NCBI GenBank assembly: GCA_905614355.1
Contig: CAJQSN010000015.1
Span: 22,325-86,324 of the forward strand
Direction of reading: 5' to 3'
DNA length: 64,000 nt
DNA from: an uncultured Rhodospirillales bacterium
GTDB lineage: Bacteria; Pseudomonadota; Alphaproteobacteria; Rhodospirillales; UBA2165
Shown in pieces: positions 55,277-62,607 of the stretch. The notes below the pieces were generated by a model. That model saw only the letters and a program-made list of their open reading frames with translations. It was not told the origin of the DNA and did no database searches. The translations under genes and the position numbers were made by a program. The first letter of the stretch is position 1, and each line of letters begins with the position of its first letter.

Positions 55277-56266
55277 TTATTGAGCGCTAAAAATATCAGT
55301 AAATGCATTTTTGATACTTGGAAAAGGCTGGCTTTTGGCATATTGCACTGCGTTATTCATTTCAGTTAAATACTCGGAAAATAGCTTTTGATAAAGTGCA
55401 TCGCTCATAATATTCATAGACATCAAGATAGTTTCATACGCTTTAAGTGGACATTTGGCCTGCCACTGTAAAAATTCAGCTTCAGTACGGTAACCAATAT
55501 CGTTATCATAATTTGGACCACAATGCTCCCTCCAGCGATAAGTCAACAACTTTATAAAACTGGGTCCCCCACCTTCTCGAGCGCGATTGACTGCGGATAA
55601 AGTCAGATTAAACACTTCTTCGACATTATTTCCATCACCTTCAAAGCTATTAACACCGTGCCCCTGAACTAATTTTATTATATCCCTATTGGCTGATTGG
55701 CGTTCCTCAAAAGAAGAATAGACAGAATAAAAATTATCTTCGCAGATGAAAATTACCGGTAAATTTTGAGTAGCTGCAAAATTTATACTTTCATGAAATA
55801 CGCCGGTTTCTGTTGCCCCATCACCAAAATAAGCTACAGAAACCGCATGCTGTTTTTTTATTTTTGCGGTAAATGCGGCCCCAACGGCGACGGGAATTGT
55901 GCTTCCAACTATTGGAGTGGATCCCATAAAATTTACTGACAAATCTATTAAATGCATAGATCCACCATTACCCTGTGAGCAGCCACCTTCCTTTCCATAT
56001 ATTTCGGCCATCATTGCTTTCAGATTGCCACCTTTTGCGAGATAGTGACCATGAGCACGGTGTCCGCTAAACACATAGTCTCTATTTTGAAGAGCTGCGG
56101 ATACGCCTACTGCTATTGCTTCCTGTCCTATACAAAGATGAACTGGACATCGCATTTCTTGCTCAGAATAAAGCTCTGCAATACGTTCTTCTACCGTGCG
56201 AATTCGCAACATTTCATTATAAAGATTTTGTTTGAATTCAAGTCTTACGGATTGATCAATCATCAT
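55277..56266 (-). CDS. ThDP-dependent 2-oxoacid dehydrogenase E1 component, alpha subunit-like
   Basis: 329 aa. VHLCIGQEA, ThDP motif GDGATETGVFHESINFAA..LPVIFICEDN. Confidence 0.8.
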   Translation of the reverse strand: MMIDQSVRLEFKQNLYNEMLRIRTVEERIAELYSEQEMRCPVHLCIGQEAIAVGVSAALQNRDYVFSGHRAHGHYLAKGGNLKAMMAEIYGKEGGCSQGNGGSMHLIDLSVNFMGSTPIVGSTIPVAVGAAFTAKIKKQHAVSVAYFGDGATETGVFHESINFAATQNLPVIFICEDNFYSVYSSFEERQSANRDIIKLVQGHGVNSFEGDGNNVEEVFNLTLSAVNRAREGGGPSFIKLLTYRWREHCGPNYDNDIGYRTEAEFLQWQAKCPLKAYETILMSMNIMSDALYQKLFSEYLTEMNNAVQYAKSQPFPSIKNAFTDIFSAQ

Positions 56267-57789
56267 TATTTTAATAAAGCAGTTACATGCTTGGACATAT
56301 TAATTCGATCCAAATAATTTCGATTTCCAAGATAACCAAGCATTTCAGCTCCGGCTAAATTTCCAACGAAACCAACAATATCCCAAGAAAAATTTTTAAA
56401 CACTAGTGGTGTCGTTAAGGCTAATACAGCATCTCCTGCACCCACCCGATCGAGAACTTTAAACGCTAAGGCAGGAACCTCGTAAAAGCCAGTATTTCTA
56501 TCATAATGAAGACTGCCATCTTTACCTAGCGTTATTGTAAAGCGTGAGCAGTCAATCTGGTCCGACAAGCGGGTCAAAAGATCCGACATGGATTGCTCGC
56601 GCGCACGTATTTCAAGCTCTAATTCATTACCGGAAAGCGAAACATAATCTGCTCGAGAATAACGCGTTAATGTATTAAATCCACGATTTCCAGCATTGGC
56701 TTGGGTGTTGACAGATAAAAATTTAGCTTTATTCACCAACAACTCTATGATGGCGGGAGTTAACATGCCATGACCATAATCGGTCACAACGACCATATCA
56801 TAATCACCAATAATAGACCTTAATTTTTGCAGTATTTTAGCTTCAACCCCCTTGGATAAGGGCTGATCAACCATTTCATATAATTCAAACAATTTTGCAC
56901 CTGAATGACGGTCAATAAAGCGCCTTTTATGAATTGTTGGCACCTTAGGGCCGATTACAAAATTTGCTTGAACATTATCGCGCAACGAATTTGATATAAA
57001 ATTTTCTCGACTTTTTTCCTCTCCTAATACGGTTAAAAGTCCAACATTTTTTATAAATCCTGCCATATGATTTGCTACAGCGAGGCTACCACCAGAATAG
57101 GTTTCAGTCGAACCGTACTTAAAAGCTAAGATTGGATCTTTAGCCGACTTTCCTAAGGCATCACAAAATACGTACTCATCGATAATTGCTTCACCAATAA
57201 CAAGTGCGCTACATTCCGAAATTTTATCAAATCCAGCTAAAATATCTTGTGCCGAGTGAATTTCTCTAAATTTGCCTAGCCACTCTTCGGTAGCTGTTGG
57301 AAAAAGTTGGAACTGACTATTTATTAATGATGAAGAACTATAAGTCTCGGCAGATGTAAAATGAATCCTTCCTCCAATAGATGTAACAGCATTCTTCTCT
57401 TCAACAATTTTCCCTGTTAGATCATTTTTAAGATCTGCATACTCATCCCCTTTCACATAAACATCAGGTTCAAGCTTTAAAATCACATCAATTGCAGTAG
57501 GGAAATTACTTATCGCGACGTAGTCAACCATCTCAACTGCTGCAAGATTTTCAGAACGCAGTCTCTCATTAAAAATTGGACGGCCGGGGCACTTACTAGC
57601 ATATTGATCGGAAGTAACTGTTACAACTAGGCAGTCACCTTCTTTTTTAGCAGCCTCAAAATGTTTTATATGGCCAGGGTGCACAAGATCGAAAACGCCA
57701 TGGCACAAAACAATACGTGCCCCGCCCTCTTTGCGACTTCGAATTGTCTTAGATAGAAAATCTAATTGGAAGATCTTACTTTCGTACAT
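56266..57789 (-). CDS. bifunctional N-terminal cytidylyl/adenylyltransferase (HxGH) plus C-terminal PfkB sugar kinase
   Basis: 507 aa. N-terminus CHGVFDLVHPGHIKHF...LVVTVTSD (RfaE domain II-like). C-terminus PfkB with DRVGAGDA. TAATG overlap with the E1 alpha gene. Confidence 0.75.
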   Translation of the reverse strand: MYESKIFQLDFLSKTIRSRKEGGARIVLCHGVFDLVHPGHIKHFEAAKKEGDCLVVTVTSDQYASKCPGRPIFNERLRSENLAAVEMVDYVAISNFPTAIDVILKLEPDVYVKGDEYADLKNDLTGKIVEEKNAVTSIGGRIHFTSAETYSSSSLINSQFQLFPTATEEWLGKFREIHSAQDILAGFDKISECSALVIGEAIIDEYVFCDALGKSAKDPILAFKYGSTETYSGGSLAVANHMAGFIKNVGLLTVLGEEKSRENFISNSLRDNVQANFVIGPKVPTIHKRRFIDRHSGAKLFELYEMVDQPLSKGVEAKILQKLRSIIGDYDMVVVTDYGHGMLTPAIIELLVNKAKFLSVNTQANAGNRGFNTLTRYSRADYVSLSGNELELEIRAREQSMSDLLTRLSDQIDCSRFTITLGKDGSLHYDRNTGFYEVPALAFKVLDRVGAGDAVLALTTPLVFKNFSWDIVGFVGNLAGAEMLGYLGNRNYLDRINMSKHVTALLK

Positions 57790-57908
57790 CTAGTCTCATA
57801 TTATGGAAAAAAATTCAGGGCCCAAAATTGGAGTATAAAAAACAATTTACTCAAATGTAGTAACTATTACCACCTAAAGATAAATAAATATGGATTAAGT
57901 ATCCACTC

Positions 57909-60047
57909 TCAAACCTCTAAAGTATTAACTAGACTATCACTTGGCGCTATGATGCTCGACTTTCTATCTAATTTGGCTGAACCACAAGAACCAATTCGCA
58001 TAATTCGGTGGATGGGCACCTTCATTAGCAAGCTCCCTAAGCTAGCAAGTGTCGTACTATACCTATGCTTATACCCATTGATAGTTTCTTTCTGTAGATT
58101 ATCATGCTGAAATGACACTACGATTGGACTTGGCAACCTGAGGTTTCTATGGTCCGGAACTGCACCCCCTTCAAACACTTTTAAAAAATCGTAATCAAAG
58201 GCTGCGGTATTAGTTAAATCAGTATTTAAGATGTCAACTTTTCTAAGCAAAGAGTACGTTTTCATTTGCTCAATAAAATCTAATATTTCGGGAGTATCCA
58301 TCTTACTAGCAGCAAGGTTTTCTAAGAAAATATCATAGAAGAAATCATGCAATTCCTCTTGAGCAAAGAAAAAAGACCTCGCCTTAGCATTTGAAATTGC
58401 AAGCTGATTTACTCCATCGCTAGTTTCCAAATAATGTTGAATATTCTCTTTGACGTGTTGTTCTAATTCTTCTCTGCTATCCCATAAACCTGTTCCAGAA
58501 TCATTTTTAAATGTCTCATACAATCCAGCCAATACCGGTGGGAATCCCTCTCTGCGATCATAAAACTCAAAAACTAATTTGGGCCAATCCAAGCCAAGTA
58601 ATGCAGACAAATCAAAAAGCTCCCTGAACACCTTCCCATTATGAATCAGTTCTACAGTCAAATCTAGCATTCGGCATTCCAAATACTCGTCAAAGCTCAT
58701 ACTATTTTGTGACACACAAATTTCATCAAACTCAACTGAAATAAATTTTTTTCCAAAGAGACTATAATTACCGAATGAACGTGCCGCTACTCGATATTTA
58801 GTTTCTATTCCATATTTTTCTCGAGAGGCAGGAACCATCATTTCAGTCTGAGGTAGCATGATAAGCTGGTGCATTCGTACCAAAGCTACACCTGACATTA
58901 TTGAATCAACTAAAGACTGCCGATGAGCTCTGACACTATCACCCGGCAGACCAAGAATAATTTCAACAAATGAACGGGCATTAATTTTGTGACTACGATC
59001 GCCTATATCTGCTAGTTCTCCATAGCTAATGTTTGATCGCTTTATATTAGAAAGAACTTCGGCATCTGTAGATTGCATTGATGCAGATATATCCATACGC
59101 CCCTCAAGAATAGTTGCCACTTCGAGAAGACGGTCCTTTTGATTTTTCCCACCAGCTACTTGAATATGTTTTGGCCAATTATATTTCTTAAATATTCGCG
59201 CAATATCTTTTGCCTTATTAATATCTTCAATAAACATCCCAAAATTCGCATCGGTCATTACTAAATCAGGAACAATAGAAATACGTTTTGCGATATATTC
59301 TAATTCTTCAAATAATTCAAAACGTTTAGTTACCTTGGCATAATATCGATCCCCCTCAGTACAAAATGTACATGTAAATGGACATCCACGCGTAGTGTGC
59401 ATCATAGGTATCAGAACAGAATCAAAAAACTTATCCATTAATCCTTCTAAATATGGTGAAGGAATTTCGTTCAAATTCTTTATTCGGGGTAAAATTTCAC
59501 CCTGAAACAACTTACCATTTTTAAAATAATGTGCATTGGCTGGTGGGTTATCCAGGCGTTTTACGGCCTCCACTTCGAAATTAACTTCACGCAATCTTGA
59601 AATCAATTCTGCAAAAGCAACCTCGCCCTCGCGAACGAGATAAAAGTCAATTGCCGGATACTTTTGCCAAAAATCCGAAACTTCTCCCACCGTTAGCCCA
59701 TAATTCGGACCACCAAATACAATAACAACTTCAGGGTGTTTAAGCTTTATTCTTTGAGCAAAATCATAAGCAATATTTAAGTTCCATGAATAATTAGCAA
59801 ACCCCATAATATCTGGTGGCTTACTTTCAAGGGCTTGCGCCAAATCTTCAGGATATTTAAAGAGTTCAATTTCAACGGAAGTTGAATGCTCCTTGAGAGC
59901 ATAAGCTGCTATAACCCCAATACCTAATGGATGCACATTTGCCGAAACAGTCTGCCCAGTATGGCTCAAATCCGCCATATAAATTAATGTTTTTCTATCT
60001 TTTTTTTTTCTAGTTAGGCCCATTCCACCCTTCCTTATAACATCCAT
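57909..60047 (-). CDS. B12-binding-domain radical SAM protein (class B)
   Basis: 712 aa. N-terminal Rossmann-like cobalamin-binding region (VVIVFGGPN...DFYLVREGEVAF) and radical SAM motif RGCPFTCTFC. Alternative start at 60023. Confidence 0.8.
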   Translation of the reverse strand: MDVIRKGGMGLTRKKKDRKTLIYMADLSHTGQTVSANVHPLGIGVIAAYALKEHSTSVEIELFKYPEDLAQALESKPPDIMGFANYSWNLNIAYDFAQRIKLKHPEVVIVFGGPNYGLTVGEVSDFWQKYPAIDFYLVREGEVAFAELISRLREVNFEVEAVKRLDNPPANAHYFKNGKLFQGEILPRIKNLNEIPSPYLEGLMDKFFDSVLIPMMHTTRGCPFTCTFCTEGDRYYAKVTKRFELFEELEYIAKRISIVPDLVMTDANFGMFIEDINKAKDIARIFKKYNWPKHIQVAGGKNQKDRLLEVATILEGRMDISASMQSTDAEVLSNIKRSNISYGELADIGDRSHKINARSFVEIILGLPGDSVRAHRQSLVDSIMSGVALVRMHQLIMLPQTEMMVPASREKYGIETKYRVAARSFGNYSLFGKKFISVEFDEICVSQNSMSFDEYLECRMLDLTVELIHNGKVFRELFDLSALLGLDWPKLVFEFYDRREGFPPVLAGLYETFKNDSGTGLWDSREELEQHVKENIQHYLETSDGVNQLAISNAKARSFFFAQEELHDFFYDIFLENLAASKMDTPEILDFIEQMKTYSLLRKVDILNTDLTNTAAFDYDFLKVFEGGAVPDHRNLRLPSPIVVSFQHDNLQKETINGYKHRYSTTLASLGSLLMKVPIHRIMRIGSCGSAKLDRKSSIIAPSDSLVNTLEV

Positions 60048-60071
60048 AAGCTACATACCTAGGATCAAACG

Positions 60072-61256
60072 CTAGATATAATTAATGTGTTGCGGCGGTA
60101 AACCCTTTTGACCAGCAGTTAAATTAATTCGGCCTTTAACATGTGCATCTAAAGCTTCATTTACTTTATGTTGTAGACACAAAGTTCCACACATCTTTTG
60201 AGCATTAAATTCGGGAGACGCTAAATAGTTCATCACATCCCAGTATGCGTCACTCTGCCATATATCCTTAAATCGAGTTTCACAAATATTACCTATATGG
60301 AATCGTTTATAACGCTCGTTGAATAGCATGCCACATGGCGCAACGAGCCCGGAACCAGAAAGTTGAATTAAAAAAGGAGCCCCAAAACAACGCTGATAAC
60401 TTCTCTTGTCGCCGGCTTCGATTTTCGACCATTTTACTATAACTTTATATTCTTCATCGGATAAAGATTCTGCTTTTCGCAATTTTTCGTACATACCCTC
60501 ATAACCCGAATAATCAACACCCAAATCACCATTCTCATTATCACTACAGTGTTTGATTACTAAATAATCTGGACGGAGTTCTTTTCCCAGCTTGGCAAGA
60601 GGTAGTATCTGATCTTCGTATTCAGGCATTAAAACCATTTGCATACCAATGGTAACACTTAAATTTCGCCGCTTCTTTATCTCAACCATATCTCGGATAT
60701 TTTGTTTAACTCTCTCAAACCACTCGGCTTTAACTCCCATAATTTCACCATACCTCGCAGCTTCTCCAGCAGAGATATTAACGCGCAGATAGGTCATATG
60801 AGGCAAAATTTCCTCTAAAATTGGCTTTTTCAGAACAAATGCATTTGAGGCGGCCGACATAGAAAGACCAAGTTCATTACCGCGAATGATAGTATCAACA
60901 AACACCGGAGAAATAGAACTTTCGCCATCTGAAACAAGACTAATACCTTTAACACCAATTTCAGCACAATCCTCTAAAAAATCATAAATAATTGGCTTAG
61001 TGATAGTATGGCGTTCATTTTCTTGCAGCATAGCATAGCAAAAGTGGCATCCGAAATTGCAAGCCCGTGTCAATGCCATATCAATAGTAATAGGTGCAAT
61101 CCGTTCTCCCCGCTCCCAAGCTTTTATACGCTCTGTATGCCAAGCTATTTTCGTATCATCCAAATTAAGCGGAGCTAGTTCAGGTGAGTCTAGCAAGTTA
61201 GCCTCCTTATATGGAATATCTTGCAGAGCTCTATCCCCACAAATTACTTTTTGCAT
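60072..61256 (-). CDS. radical SAM protein with C-terminal Cys-rich twitch/SPASM-like region
   Basis: 394 aa. CNFGCHFC (CxxxCxxC). C-terminal C-x14-G-x4-C (CFGAPFLIQLSGSGLVAPC) and CGTLC. Confidence 0.75.
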   Translation of the reverse strand: MQKVICGDRALQDIPYKEANLLDSPELAPLNLDDTKIAWHTERIKAWERGERIAPITIDMALTRACNFGCHFCYAMLQENERHTITKPIIYDFLEDCAEIGVKGISLVSDGESSISPVFVDTIIRGNELGLSMSAASNAFVLKKPILEEILPHMTYLRVNISAGEAARYGEIMGVKAEWFERVKQNIRDMVEIKKRRNLSVTIGMQMVLMPEYEDQILPLAKLGKELRPDYLVIKHCSDNENGDLGVDYSGYEGMYEKLRKAESLSDEEYKVIVKWSKIEAGDKRSYQRCFGAPFLIQLSGSGLVAPCGMLFNERYKRFHIGNICETRFKDIWQSDAYWDVMNYLASPEFNAQKMCGTLCLQHKVNEALDAHVKGRINLTAGQKGLPPQHINYI

Positions 61257-61349
61257 TCAAAATCCTAGAATACCAGTTATTTTATTGAAAAAACTACACA
61301 TTTGAAAGTTCTAATAACATAAAACCTTCTAAGTATTAACTTATCAAGA

Positions 61350-62504
61350 CTACCTTAATCTCCGAATTTTATTTTTATCTTTAACTTCAGTGGTATAAAT
61401 CTGTAATTTTGGTTCTAGATTAATTTTTAAATACCTTTCAAGTTCCCGTGCGATGTTTGACTTATCAATTGAATTGACATTCGAAAAACCAACAAAAACA
61501 CGAACAGGATAACCATCGAGATCAGATTCTATACGTTCAAAAGACAAAGTGACTTTATCATCTGTCTCTGATGACGTAAATTTTTCCATGGATTGCTGTA
61601 CCACTTTAGTCCTTTCATCGTAAGAAAGTGCTGTCCACCCGATTCTTGGTGGCGGGTCAAATTCGTTGAGACTCGATTTAAATTTATTCTCTGAGCAATA
61701 GTTAGAATATAACTTTAAAACTACATTTTGCATGCTCACAAATAGTTTGCCAGCATTCGATGGCAAAAAAATACCAGGACCTCGCTGTATAGCACCCAAT
61801 TCAGCAAGTTTATGAACCATTTTAAGGACCCCGTGCTCAACACCTTCAATTAGAGGAGATCCCTGTAAGTTTTCACATAGAAAATCCCAATAAGCTTTAT
61901 CTTGATCTTCTTTCGCTCCAGCATGGCGGGCTTTTTCAATAGATGGGATATTACCAGTTATTTTAAAGAATAGCTTCACACCGTCTAAGGAAACAACAAA
62001 AATAGATCCTGGATCGAGCTGCAACTCACCTTCAAAGTTAATACTTCTCTCAAACAATTTTACTTTGAAATAACTTTCCGTGCTCACCTGCGTAGAGACT
62101 TGATTAGTGCCGGACTGTTCTAGTGGTGCTGCCTTTCGTAATTTTTTTGAATCAACTATATGATTTAACACATCCCAATGCGGAGCGGCAATTCCGTTTA
62201 TTCTCAATATAATTCCATCAGAATTTTTTTCAAACTCAGCAGACATACAATCACCAAGTGACTCAAGAAGTATTATCTTATCATTAGGTGTCAACTGACC
62301 ATCACCAAATTGAATACTAATGGTGGTCCTACCTGCCAAATGAACGACGTCTATGAGGTTAATTACACTGCGTAATGTATTACTATCCGGAACCCAGTTC
62401 GCCAGAAAATCTTGCCCCAATTCCAAACCACGCAACTGTTCAACTAAAGCTAGGTCATATTCTTCTAAAAGTTGCCTATAGTTCAATATTATTTCAGATA
62501 CCAA
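61350..62504 (-). CDS. hypothetical protein, no recognisable family
   Basis: 384-aa intact ORF on the same strand as, and upstream of, the radical SAM genes. No motif I can place. Confidence 0.5.
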   Translation of the reverse strand: MVSEIILNYRQLLEEYDLALVEQLRGLELGQDFLANWVPDSNTLRSVINLIDVVHLAGRTTISIQFGDGQLTPNDKIILLESLGDCMSAEFEKNSDGIILRINGIAAPHWDVLNHIVDSKKLRKAAPLEQSGTNQVSTQVSTESYFKVKLFERSINFEGELQLDPGSIFVVSLDGVKLFFKITGNIPSIEKARHAGAKEDQDKAYWDFLCENLQGSPLIEGVEHGVLKMVHKLAELGAIQRGPGIFLPSNAGKLFVSMQNVVLKLYSNYCSENKFKSSLNEFDPPPRIGWTALSYDERTKVVQQSMEKFTSSETDDKVTLSFERIESDLDGYPVRVFVGFSNVNSIDKSNIARELERYLKINLEPKLQIYTTEVKDKNKIRRLR

Positions 62505-62607
62505 TATTTTGCTTTCTGACAGTAAATAAAATTGGTTCAGAGTATTTCAAACGAACAGGATCTAATACAAAAAAGTTTAGGGAAAGCCATTATTAAAACA
62601 CAGATTA

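Noticed and set aside
57909-62590. RiPP (proteusin-like) cluster hypothesis for the B12-radical SAM + SPASM-like radical SAM pair. This included a 17-codon Cys-containing ORF at 62537-62590 (minus; MAFPKLFCIRSCSFEIL).
   Set aside because: No plausible precursor gene is present: no leader-like ORF, no SD before the 17-codon ORF, and no protease or exporter. The neighbours are sugar-activating, epimerase and glycosyltransferase genes, so a nucleotide-sugar pathway is the more economical reading. The RiPP idea remains the main alternative if a precursor is found.
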